Origin: a virus
Lineage: Duplodnaviria > Caudoviricetes
Strand: one strand, 5' to 3'
Virus record (IMG/VR): IMGVR_UViG_3300048850_000153
Coordinates: 1-41,470 of that record
DNA: 41,470 nt
Position 1 is the first letter of the stretch. The number at the start of each line of letters is the position of its first letter. Below the pieces are notes generated by a model. The model saw nothing but the letters and a program-made list of their open reading frames with translations. It was not told the origin of the DNA and searched no databases. Positions 17,238 to 25,452 of the stretch are shown here, piece after piece. Both the position numbers and the translations under genes were made by a program.

Positions 17238-17656
17238 TAGGCGTTCCCGTCGGTCAGCGTGAAGGCGGTAACCGAGATCGCTTGGCCCTGCGCCAGGTTC
17301 AGGTTGTCGACCGTCATGTCGGCCGTGCCGTCGCCGGTAGCGCCTACCTTGCCCTGGTGGTGGCAGGTCGTGCCAGCCGCATCCATGATGGCGAAGTGAC
17401 CGATGTTCGTGCCCGCGCCCGCCGCCGCGGCGCCGGCGCCCGACCAGCTGCCGGCGAACGCCTTGGAGCCGTTGGCGGCCTGCGCCATCCAGTCGGACGG
17501 CAGGGCCAGCTCGGCGAGCAGCGTGCCGGTGCGCGCCGCAGCGCAGTTGGCGGGCTGGGCGCCGCTGTAGAAGCGCAGCTTCGGCGACGCGCCGATTGCT
17601 GCCTCGATCGCATCGAGGCGGGCGTTTCGCACCGCCACTGAAAATTGCTGCGCCAT
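17237..17656 (-). CDS. Conserved phage structural protein (head-associated)
   Basis: AVRNARLDAI...LRFYSG.QPA...GTLLAEL motif recalled from phage virion proteins. AAAGGA RBS before ATG 17656. Confidence 0.7.
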   Translation of the reverse strand: MAQQFSVAVRNARLDAIEAAIGASPKLRFYSGAQPANCAAARTGTLLAELALPSDWMAQAANGSKAFAGSWSGAGAAAAGAGTNIGHFAIMDAAGTTCHHQGKVGATGDGTADMTVDNLNLAQGQAISVTAFTLTDGNA

Positions 17657-17658
17657 TG

Positions 17659-17925
17659 TTATTCCTTTGATATCAAGCTGAGTGTTTTCATTTGCCCGCG
17701 GCGCTCGTACTGCACCGTGGTCACTCCGCGCTCGCGGAGCATGGCCAGGGCGGCCCGGTGGGTAGCGCGGTCGATCTTGCCGGCGGCGCCGTGCAGGTAG
17801 ACGACCGTGTCCGAGAGGTGGCTGACCGTCATGATTCCCACGTACGGCCGGCGCGCCTCGTAGCCGCCCGGCGCGTCGTACACGCGGATGGTCAGCACAC
17901 TCGGGGCAATGTGCAGGTGGGCCAT
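17659..17925 (-). CDS. Hypothetical protein
   Basis: 88-aa ORF in operon order. Confidence 0.65.
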   Translation of the reverse strand: MAHLHIAPSVLTIRVYDAPGGYEARRPYVGIMTVSHLSDTVVYLHGAAGKIDRATHRAALAMLRERGVTTVQYERRGQMKTLSLISKE

Positions 17926-17943
17926 GACGGTTCGCCCTGGTAG

Positions 17944-18276
17944 TTACTGCGCGGCCAGCGATTCGGCGTAGGCGACCGCTTCTGGAGTGGTGTCGAGCAC
18001 ATCGGGCAGCGCCTTTGCGGTGTCCGCATCGACCTCGACGACGTCGTTGCACTGGCCATATGCGCCAGTCACGAGGACGCGCGCCTTGACCAACGCCGCC
18101 GGCGCCGGGTCTTCCACCTGCTGCGCCACAGGCGCTGCTGCAGCTGGCTCGTCCTGCGGCACGGCCGGCAGCGGTGCCGCGTTCGCTGCGGCGCCAGCAT
18201 CTGGTGCCTGCTTGGTTTGTTCGTCCTGCGCGCCCTGCTCGGCACCAGTCGAACCTGGCTGTTTTCCTTTTGCCAT
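17944..18276 (-). CDS. Hypothetical capsid-adjacent protein
   Basis: AGGAG RBS, low-complexity N-terminus, follows the major capsid gene. Confidence 0.75.
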   Translation of the reverse strand: MAKGKQPGSTGAEQGAQDEQTKQAPDAGAAANAAPLPAVPQDEPAAAAPVAQQVEDPAPAALVKARVLVTGAYGQCNDVVEVDADTAKALPDVLDTTPEAVAYAESLAAQ

Positions 18277-18321
18277 CTGAATTCTCCTGTTGGCGGCCGG
18301 GCTGGCCGGCCGCCGTGTGGG

Positions 18322-19569
18322 TTAGGTTGCGCTGTTCTGGTAGTACTTGATGGCGCCGCCGACGTCGACCATGTTCGCGCCAGAGCGCGAGAACGCCACG
18401 AAACCGACCTGGCCCTTCAGGGTGAAGGCGCTGTCGGTCATGCGGAACAGGGTCGTGTCCATGACGTCGCGAATCAGGTACTTCGAGAAGTCGCCGAACA
18501 GGATCGACTTGGCGTTCGCCGCCATCACCGGCATGTGCTGGTTGATGACGATCTCACGACCCAGCAGACGATCCGGCGCGCCGCCAGGATTGCCCTGCTC
18601 GTAGCCTGGAACGAAGATCGGACGGCCGTTGCTGTCCTTCAGTTTGCGCAGTGCGCGCAGCGTGTCGTCGTGCATCATCCACTTGCCGGCCGAGCGGTAG
18701 TACGGATCGACCGAGTGCTCCAGGTCGACCAGGTCGTCGTAGGTCACGGTCACAGTCTGCCCGGTGGCGCCGACCTTGCCGGCGGCGGCCGCGGTCACGA
18801 TGCCGCGCGGCTGATTGGTGCCGGTGCCGACGGTGTGGTGACGGTTGTGAATGCGGCCCTTGCGCAGTTGCAGCAGGTTCGAGATGTAGCCCTCGATGTT
18901 GAACATCGAGTCTTGCAGCAGCTCGAACGGCAGCGCGATCGACTTCGACGAGTACTTGTACACGTCCAGCGATGCTTGGCCGAAGGCGGTCTCGCCGACG
19001 GTGACCGAGGCATTCTGGCCGACGATCTCGCCTTCCTCGCTGGTCGAGTCGGCGGTCGGGAACAGCATCTGGGCGCCGGTCGAGGTCTGGATCCCGCTGG
19101 CGACGCTGCGCACGGCAAATGCCGCCTTCATCGCCTGGATCAGGGTCTTGTTGAACTCGGTGGCCACGGTGTAGCCGCCCTCGGCGCCAGTGGTGGTCGA
19201 CATGGCGGCACGAATGTCCGGGTTGACGCGCGCGGCCATCGCGGTGCGCTGCTCCGGGGTCAGGGCCATCAGGCCGCCGGTCAGCATGGCGCGCAGTGCG
19301 GCGCCTTCGTCGGTCTGGGCGCCGCCCGGACGGGTCGCCGCCGCGAGGGCGATCTGATGCTGGTTGTCCGGATTTTCGCCGGCCAGCTGCGCCAGGCGCT
19401 GCTCGCGCGAGATGTCGGCGTCGATCGCCTCGACCTCAGCCAGGAGCTTGTCCAGCTCGGCCGATTCGGCGGCCGGCATGCGCTGGTCGGCCGGATATTT
19501 ATTGTTCAGGTCGTGGGCCTTCTTGGCCACGGTGTCGCGTTGGGCGCGCAGTTGTGCGAGCTTGGTCAT
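18322..19569 (-). CDS. Major capsid protein, HK97 fold
   Basis: Coiled-coil delta domain, EGGYTV, LRKLKDSNGRPI, LLGREI and ILFGDFSKY motifs. Confidence 0.96.
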   Translation of the reverse strand: MTKLAQLRAQRDTVAKKAHDLNNKYPADQRMPAAESAELDKLLAEVEAIDADISREQRLAQLAGENPDNQHQIALAAATRPGGAQTDEGAALRAMLTGGLMALTPEQRTAMAARVNPDIRAAMSTTTGAEGGYTVATEFNKTLIQAMKAAFAVRSVASGIQTSTGAQMLFPTADSTSEEGEIVGQNASVTVGETAFGQASLDVYKYSSKSIALPFELLQDSMFNIEGYISNLLQLRKGRIHNRHHTVGTGTNQPRGIVTAAAAGKVGATGQTVTVTYDDLVDLEHSVDPYYRSAGKWMMHDDTLRALRKLKDSNGRPIFVPGYEQGNPGGAPDRLLGREIVINQHMPVMAANAKSILFGDFSKYLIRDVMDTTLFRMTDSAFTLKGQVGFVAFSRSGANMVDVGGAIKYYQNSAT

Positions 19570-19616
19570 GTAGAACCTTTCGATGGGGTTGGTCCGCTCT
19601 CGCGGCCGGTGGGCAT

Positions 19617-19640
19617 AAAAAAAGCCGCCCGGAGGCGGCT
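19617..19640 (-). terminator. Terminator-like hairpin between protease and capsid genes
   Basis: AGCCGCC-TCCG-GGCGGCT followed by TTTTTT. Confidence 0.75.
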
Positions 19641-19660
19641 GGCTTAGTGGCGCGAGAGCG

Positions 19661-20410
19661 TCAGCTAACTTGGAGGCGGGCCATCGTGGTGATGCGCTGC
19701 CGCTGGCGCGCTCGATGCTCCTCGGTGGCGACCGGGTCGATCTGGTTGCTCGGTGCAGGCTTCGGAGCTTTCGCGTAGGCGCTCAGGTCCCACGACGCTT
19801 CGACCTTCGCGCCTGTCGCAATGCGGTCGACCAGGCCGGCCGCGACGGCTTCGTCGGCGGTGTACCAGGTCTCGGCGTCCATTGCGGCCTTGACGTCGTC
19901 GACGCTCATGCCGCTTTTCTTCGCGTACTGGCCCGCCAGCGAGGCGTCGACCTTCGACAGCAAGGTAGCGGTCGCCGTCAGGTCGCTCGCGTTGCCCATT
20001 GCCCAGGTCCAGGCGTTGTGGATCATGAAGAAGCCGCCGTCCGAGATCTCGACCTCGTCGGCCGCGGTGGCGATGACGGTCGCCGCACTGGCGGCGTAGC
20101 CGTCGATGTGCGCCACGACCTTGGCGCCGGTGTCGCGGATAGCTTGGCAGATTGCCTGCGCGGCGAAAACGTCGCCGCCCGGGCTGTTGATGCGCAGACG
20201 GATCGTGCCGCCCTTGATGGCGCGGATCTCGGGCACCAGGGCCTCAGCGGACACGCCGCCCCACCAGTACGCGGTGTCCTCGTCGGCCACGATCGCGTCA
20301 TAGATGTAGATTTCGGTCTCGCCGTCAGTCTTCGCGACGATCTTCGACTGCGGGGTCCGCTCCGGACGCTTCTTGTTGCTCGCCAGGAGCTTCGTCAGGC
20401 TGTTCGGCAC
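19661..20410 (-). CDS. ClpP-like head maturation protease
   Basis: RINSPGGDVF, GYAASAAT, MIHNAW and ETWYTADEA motifs. GTG start after a GGAGG RBS. Confidence 0.93.
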   Translation of the reverse strand: MPNSLTKLLASNKKRPERTPQSKIVAKTDGETEIYIYDAIVADEDTAYWWGGVSAEALVPEIRAIKGGTIRLRINSPGGDVFAAQAICQAIRDTGAKVVAHIDGYAASAATVIATAADEVEISDGGFFMIHNAWTWAMGNASDLTATATLLSKVDASLAGQYAKKSGMSVDDVKAAMDAETWYTADEAVAAGLVDRIATGAKVEASWDLSAYAKAPKPAPSNQIDPVATEEHRARQRQRITTMARLQVS

Positions 20411-21668
20411 TCTGGCCTCCATTCACATTCAGGGTTGCATTTGGCGGCAGGTTCTCCTGCCGGCGGATTTCATCAGTGGTCATGAACGGCTGCTCGCCGG
20501 CGCGGCCCAGCGCGGTGCGGTAGGCGTCGTAGCGGGCCTTGATATCGCCCTTTTCCAGTGCCGCCGTGATGTGCTCCACGAAGAAGCGCTGGCGCACAGG
20601 CCACAGCTTGCTGTTCACTTCCTGCGCGATCGGGGTGAGGTGCCGCTGCAGCGTGTATCGAACGAAGCCCATGCCCATTTCCGACACCCCGGAGCCCCAT
20701 GAAGTCGTCTTGTTGGTGTGGCCGACCATGAACGGCGGCACGCCGAAGATGCGGCAGATTTCCTCCACCGTGAACAGGCGGGTAGCCAGGATCTCGGCAT
20801 CCTTCGAGTTCACGCTCAGCTGCGCCGGCTCCAGGCCGCCCGACAGGATCAGCGGGCCGCGGCCGCCGTTCTGCGCTCGCGCGATCAGCGACGCCTTCAG
20901 CTGCTCGAGCTGGGTTTTGTCCAGCTTCGACGCCGTCTTCAGCGCGTAATCGAAATTGCCGCCGCCGGCGAGGAACCGGCCGGTGTATTCCTGCGCCGCC
21001 AGCGCGGTGCCGATCGCCTCCAGCGCCGCATAGGTCAGCGGGCTCGGGCTGGTCAACCCGTCGAAGCCCAGGCTCGGCAGGTGGATGACGTCCGCGCGGT
21101 CCAGTACATACGTCGGCCCGTCGTCCGGAGTGATCCGGTAGTAGACGTCCTTGCCGTCCTTGAAGGGCTGGACCGTCTGCCGCTTGAGCGGCTTCCAGCC
21201 GGTTACGCGGTTGCTGAACGGGCTCGGGCGGATCCACTCGCCGAAGCCATCGCCATGCGACAGTTTCGACAGGATCAGCGCCTCCCAGGCTGCAGCCGCC
21301 GACCAGCCGTCGCTGGCCTTTTCGTTCAACATCCACCAGTAATCGTGGTCGGCCGAGTCACGATCGTTGCCCTTGCGCTCATAAATGCCCAGCGGAAGCG
21401 TAGCGATGGCGCCGGCGATCAGCGACATGCAGCCGTAGGCGGCCGACACTCGCATGCCGGTTTCGGCCGTCACCTGGGAGCCGGACGACGAGCGATGCGC
21501 CGCGCCCAGCAGGTTGGCCAGCTCGCTCATCGTGAGGCTACCGCTGGAGTTTTCGCCCAGAGCGACCACGCCAAGGCGCTCGGCGGCGCCGTCGCGACCG
21601 GCAATCCAGGAGTCGAGCACGCTCGATCGGTGCTTGGTCGCCTCCAGGTTCAACAGTTGTCCGGTCAT
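20325..21668 (-). CDS. Portal protein, HK97 family
   Basis: IAGAIATLP, DVIHL...GFDGL...SP and EEICRIFGVPP motifs. TGATG coupling to terL. Confidence 0.95.
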   Translation of the reverse strand: MTGQLLNLEATKHRSSVLDSWIAGRDGAAERLGVVALGENSSGSLTMSELANLLGAAHRSSSGSQVTAETGMRVSAAYGCMSLIAGAIATLPLGIYERKGNDRDSADHDYWWMLNEKASDGWSAAAAWEALILSKLSHGDGFGEWIRPSPFSNRVTGWKPLKRQTVQPFKDGKDVYYRITPDDGPTYVLDRADVIHLPSLGFDGLTSPSPLTYAALEAIGTALAAQEYTGRFLAGGGNFDYALKTASKLDKTQLEQLKASLIARAQNGGRGPLILSGGLEPAQLSVNSKDAEILATRLFTVEEICRIFGVPPFMVGHTNKTTSWGSGVSEMGMGFVRYTLQRHLTPIAQEVNSKLWPVRQRFFVEHITAALEKGDIKARYDAYRTALGRAGEQPFMTTDEIRRQENLPPNATLNVNGGQSAEQPDEAPGEQQEASGADPAVEDRRED

Positions 21669-23347
21669 CAGAAGTCCAATACGTGAATTTCGGGCGCCGC
21701 CGCCCCCACAGGGTTCAGCGCCATCAGCGACACCGCGCTGAACGCGGACATCAGTGGGTCGATCTTGGCCTTGCCAGAAGCCTGTTTCGTGATCAGGATT
21801 GCATTGCCCTTGTCCTCGACGCGGGCGTTGCCGACGCACCAGGCCATCATCGGGCGGCCGCCGTGCAGCAGCTCGCGGCCAGCGACCTTGCGCTCGGTGG
21901 TCTTGATCGCGCCGTTCAGGCGGTAGCCCTGCGAGATCGCGATGATCTGCTTCATATCGATACCGCGCGCCTCGGTGATCAGCTCGTCGACGACGTCGCC
22001 GATGCCGGCTGCGTCGACCCCAATCCCCTTCTCGTCCGGCAGCAGGCCCGAGTCGCGCACGTAGCAGATCAGATCCGCCACGGCTATGACGTCGTCGCCC
22101 GGCTGCGCGACGATGGTAAGGTCGCCCTCGCGCTGGAAGTCCAGCAGCCGCGGCGCGATTTCCTTACGCCGCTCGAGCGCGATCTTGTGCGCCCAGGCGT
22201 GGCACCAGAGCAGCCATTTCCCGGTGTCGCGCTCGCGCCCAAGGACCGAGAGGCCGAGCAAGTCGTCCAGGCCGCCGCCGTCGATGCCGATAACCGCGAC
22301 CTCGGATCGCTCAAGCAGCGTGTCCAGGGTGATGGAGCGATCGACCGCAGCCTCCCAGAAGTCGGCGCCGGCCCAGCGGTCCGACCGCAGGTTCAGGCCA
22401 ATCTCGACGTTCAGGTGCTTGGCCATGAACTCCTTGAACTCCTGTTCGCCGGCCTCCTTGGCCTGGCTGCGCAGCTGGGTGATGCGCTCGATATCCACCG
22501 AGGCGCCCCAGTTCGGGTTCGTGACGTAGGCGTTTGCCAGGTCTTCGTAGGCCTTGGCCTCAAGCATCGCCGCAGGGAACTCGTAGATCACCGGCAGGAA
22601 CTTGCGGTCGGCGACCTTGCCGTCGCGGACCTTGCGCGCGTAGTCCAGCTTCGCCTTGAACACGCCCGCCGGCGGCTCGGCCGACTGCGTGGTCGCATAG
22701 ATGACGAAGCCTTCGGGCCGCGACGTCAGGCCACCTGTCGCCTCGAGCAGCATGTTCGAGGCGTGCGCCTTCTTGCCAAATTCGTGTAGCTCGTCGACGA
22801 AGACGAAGGACGCCTTCTTGCCGGACACCGTATCGCTGTCGGCCGCAACGACCTTCAGTGTGGCGCCGGTGGTCTTGTGCGTGATGGTGCGGAAGTAGTC
22901 CTGCACCTTCAGCTCCGCCTCGAGCTCGGGGTCTGCCTTGATCATGTCGCGGATCGGCTTGTAGCTGTTGTCCGCGATTTCCTTGGTCGGGCTCAGAATC
23001 AGCAGCTCGGCCGATGGCCGCCAGTTCATGATCAGCGCGCACAGCATGATGGCGGCCGCGATCGTGCTCTTGGCGTTCTTCTTGCTGACCATGAGCATGA
23101 TCTCGTTGATGTGGCGCCGACCCGTCTCCGGGTCTTCGGCGCCGAACACCGCCTCGACGAACTCGCGCAACCAGGGCAGCGAGGACTCGCCCACAGTCGG
23201 CTGGCCGGCGACATCCACCAGGATGAAGCTGCTGCAGATGGCCCAGGCCTCTGCTGCCACGTCCGGGAAAAGTGGCGGGCTCGCGATCAGCGACTCCCGC
23301 GCCACGATCCGGCGCTCCCAGTCTGGACACGCCGTCGTGTAATCCAT
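21668..23347 (-). CDS. terL: Terminase large subunit
   Basis: Walker A-like SKKNAKST, Walker B FVDELH, nuclease GIDGG..DD and KIDP motifs. Confidence 0.95.
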   Translation of the reverse strand: MDYTTACPDWERRIVARESLIASPPLFPDVAAEAWAICSSFILVDVAGQPTVGESSLPWLREFVEAVFGAEDPETGRRHINEIMLMVSKKNAKSTIAAAIMLCALIMNWRPSAELLILSPTKEIADNSYKPIRDMIKADPELEAELKVQDYFRTITHKTTGATLKVVAADSDTVSGKKASFVFVDELHEFGKKAHASNMLLEATGGLTSRPEGFVIYATTQSAEPPAGVFKAKLDYARKVRDGKVADRKFLPVIYEFPAAMLEAKAYEDLANAYVTNPNWGASVDIERITQLRSQAKEAGEQEFKEFMAKHLNVEIGLNLRSDRWAGADFWEAAVDRSITLDTLLERSEVAVIGIDGGGLDDLLGLSVLGRERDTGKWLLWCHAWAHKIALERRKEIAPRLLDFQREGDLTIVAQPGDDVIAVADLICYVRDSGLLPDEKGIGVDAAGIGDVVDELITEARGIDMKQIIAISQGYRLNGAIKTTERKVAGRELLHGGRPMMAWCVGNARVEDKGNAILITKQASGKAKIDPLMSAFSAVSLMALNPVGAAAPEIHVLDF

Positions 23348-23357
23348 TCGTCAACTC

Positions 23358-23666
23358 CTAGTGCTTGACCGCTCCTCGCGGTCCCGGGCGCGGCGCGAAC
23401 CTGCCAGGTGCGGCGGCGCCGGTGCCGGTATCCTTCGGGTCCGCCTTACCCTCCCCCATCTTCTTGTGTCGAAACGGAGCGGCCAGGCCCATGGCCTTGA
23501 GCCGCAGCGCCGCCGGCAGTGCCGGGTCGTTCATGAAGGTTTCGAGCGCATCGAGCGGGGTCATCCCCTCGGTCGAGGGTGCGTACTCGGACCCTTTGTT
23601 CTCAGGGTTCGGCTTTCGGCCGGCGCCAGCGCGGGCGCCGCCGCTGCGTCCTTTAACTCCGGCCAT
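23358..23666 (-). CDS. terS: Terminase small subunit
   Basis: MAGVKGRSGGARAGAGRK N-terminus, directly upstream of terL. Confidence 0.8.
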   Translation of the reverse strand: MAGVKGRSGGARAGAGRKPNPENKGSEYAPSTEGMTPLDALETFMNDPALPAALRLKAMGLAAPFRHKKMGEGKADPKDTGTGAAAPGRFAPRPGPRGAVKH

Positions 23667-23679
23667 TTGAATTCCATTT

Positions 23680-23770
23680 GAAAAGGGGGATTTTTTTGCG
23701 CGTGCGGTACAGGTCGGTGTCGGCGCTCAGGCCGCGCATACTTTTGATGCCCCCCTGCCCAGCCGCCCGC
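23680..23770 (-). other. Putative cos packaging region
   Basis: Non-coding gap between HNH and terS. Minus strand reads GGGGGGCATCAAAAGT...GACACCG...CGCGCAAAAAAAT, the usual layout in HNH-assisted cos phages. Confidence 0.6.
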
Positions 23771-23771
23771 G

Positions 23772-24089
23772 TCAGCGGCCGGCGCGGGCACGGGCCTCGC
23801 GCGCCGACTTGGCGTCGTGGCAGGGCTGGCACAGGGTTTCTTTGTTGTCATCATCGTCCGTGCCGCCATCGGCTAGGGCGATGATGTGGTCGACTGGGTA
23901 GCCGGCGGTGGTGCGACCGTTGCGCAGGCATTCTTGGCACAGTCCGCAGTCGCGCTCGCGGATGCGGCGCCGGTCCAGCACGCCGGCATAGCCACGCTTG
24001 CGCTCGACCACGTTGGGTCGCTCGGTCAGGGTGGGCAGGCGGGCGGTGCTGGTTTGCAGGCGGGACTTGAGCGTGGTGAGGCGGCTCAT
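23772..24089 (-). CDS. HNH endonuclease (HK97 gp74-like terminase cofactor)
   Basis: CQEC...VDHIIAL..GG.D...N...LCQPCH..K, adjacent to terS. Confidence 0.92.
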   Translation of the reverse strand: MSRLTTLKSRLQTSTARLPTLTERPNVVERKRGYAGVLDRRRIRERDCGLCQECLRNGRTTAGYPVDHIIALADGGTDDDDNKETLCQPCHDAKSAREARARAGR

Positions 24090-24307
24090 GGAGCAGGCGG
24101 AACCTGCGCCGCAACCTCGTGCAGCAGCAGGCCTGGCTTGCCATAGCCCTTCGCCTGAAGGATCTCGGCGGCGCGCTCGGCCTCGACCAAGCGCTCGCAG
24201 ATGCGCTCCAGGGCGGCGCCATCGATCACGCGCCAGACCATCGCCGGCCGGTTGCCGGTGACGGCGCGCACGATCAGGTGGCGGTAGTGGTCCTTGGCCA
24301 TGCTCAT
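24086..24307 (-). CDS. Hypothetical protein
   Basis: ATGA-coupled on both sides. Confidence 0.7.
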   Translation of the reverse strand: MSMAKDHYRHLIVRAVTGNRPAMVWRVIDGAALERICERLVEAERAAEILQAKGYGKPGLLLHEVAAQVPPAP

Positions 24308-24390
24308 GGCTGCACCTGGGCGGCCTGGTCGCGGTGGCGCTGCACCGTGTAGCGCAGCCAGGCCAGTTCGTCTTCAACGCTAATGCGCAT
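24304..24390 (-). CDS. Small 28-aa ORF (MRISVEDELAWLRY...)
   Basis: GAGG RBS, and its stop overlaps the next start. Confidence 0.5.
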   Translation of the reverse strand: MRISVEDELAWLRYTVQRHRDQAAQVQP

Positions 24391-24400
24391 GGCTGACCTC

Positions 24401-24443
24401 AAAAAAAGAAAAGCCGCCCGGCGCATTGCTGCGAGGGGCGGCG
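24401..24443 (-). terminator. Strong intrinsic terminator upstream of the packaging genes (tR'-like)
   Basis: GCCGCCC...GGGCGGC stem followed by TTTTCTTTTTTT. Confidence 0.75.
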
Positions 24444-24547
24444 AAAGACCAGCGTTGGAGCTGATCGAGGAGACTGGGAGTGGTGGCCGGTGCTGTACCC
24501 GGCGACGCCTAAGGAGGACTGAACGGGGATTCGTCCGCGTTCTCATT

Positions 24548-24641
24548 TCACCACACCATGGCAGCCATCCTCTGGCCGGTATGCTGGCATTTAGGCCCAG
24601 CCCAGGGCGCTGCCGCACGTTCGGCTGCCATGGTGTGGTGA
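24548..24641. repeat. Perfect 19-bp inverted repeat in the non-coding late leader
   Basis: TCACCACACCATGGCAGCC (24548..24566) and GGCTGCCATGGTGTGGTGA (24623..24641), separated by 56 nt. Confidence 0.9.
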
Positions 24642-24738
24642 CTCGTTATCGGGAGTCAGGCGACCGGCCCCATGGCTATCTGCCATGTGGGCGGTAAAAC
24701 TGGCGCTCGCTCGTTGTAGCGCCACGCGATGTGCAGCC

Positions 24739-25215
24739 TTAACTGCCGGGCGCTGATGCGGCCGCAAGCTTGGTCAATATGGCGTCGACTGCATTGCGCA
24801 TTGGGGCCTCCAACAAATTGGCCACCTTTTTGCGACCTTCTTCCGTGAGGCATTCATCTGCCGTCAACGTCACCCACTCGCCATCAGCCAAACAATCGAC
24901 AACAAGCTGCTTGTTATCGAACGCAGCCTTGAAGGGCACAGCATGCTCGAAAATCTGCGAGCCTTTGTCGTCGTGGAATCTGACCTGCATTGCAAAGTCC
25001 ATCGTCGAGCCATAGCCATTCATTGAGCCGCTCTCGAATCCCTTCACCGGGTCGACCCGACCGAACGAACAAACAGCCTTCTCCCGGCCAAGTTCGTTAT
25101 TGATCTGCAGCTCAACCGCGAGGACAAACCGACGAATAAACTCGCGATGCAGAGCATCGCTCGCAGCGCGGTCGCGCAATTTATCGCGCAAATTCAAGTA
25201 AGTTGCTTCGTGCAT
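24739..25215 (-). CDS. Lower-GC accessory (moron) protein of unknown function
   Basis: AGGAG RBS before ATG 25215 (alternative 25218), atypical codon usage, inserted in the late leader. Confidence 0.7.
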   Translation of the reverse strand: MHEATYLNLRDKLRDRAASDALHREFIRRFVLAVELQINNELGREKAVCSFGRVDPVKGFESGSMNGYGSTMDFAMQVRFHDDKGSQIFEHAVPFKAAFDNKQLVVDCLADGEWVTLTADECLTEEGRKKVANLLEAPMRNAVDAILTKLAAASAPGS

Positions 25216-25393
25216 CATGTCTCCTATTTGTGGAGAAATGATTGTAACCGCACTCACCTACATGGTCGCCCAGCAGTAGCGCGGAGAGATATAGCGCTAT
25301 GTTTTCTCTGGACGAGCAAAAGCACTCAATGGATGGGAGCTGTCGCAAGTCCCGGTTATCGGTGGCGCGCTGCGCACATTACGAGGCCGGGAG

Positions 25394-25438
25394 AATGTAG
25401 GCCTACAGTTTACAACAAAATGCTGGCTGTATACACAG
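25394..25438 (-). promoter_or_regulatory. Putative late promoter (PR'-like) with -10-like pause element and overlapping LexA-type box
   Basis: Minus strand CTGTGTATACAGCCAG (CTG-N10-CAG, 25438..25423), -10 TAAACT (25412..25407), then TACATT 7 nt downstream (25399..25394). Directly after the Q-position gene. Confidence 0.65.
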
Positions 25439-25452
25439 TGCTCAGCAATAAA

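Noticed and set aside
23065-23095. Non-canonical terminase Walker A (SKKNAKST)
   Set aside because: Variation at this position is known in this terminase group and the other motifs are intact, so it is not evidence of inactivation.
24445-24735. tRNA gene in the late leader
   Set aside because: No T-loop (GTTCGA-type) within a cloverleaf and no acceptor stem could be built.
3060-25448. 13-bp sequence CAGTGCTCAGCAA shared by two promoter regions (3060 and 25436)
   Set aside because: Several 13-mer repeats are expected by chance in 41 kb, and its position relative to the -10 differs between the two sites.
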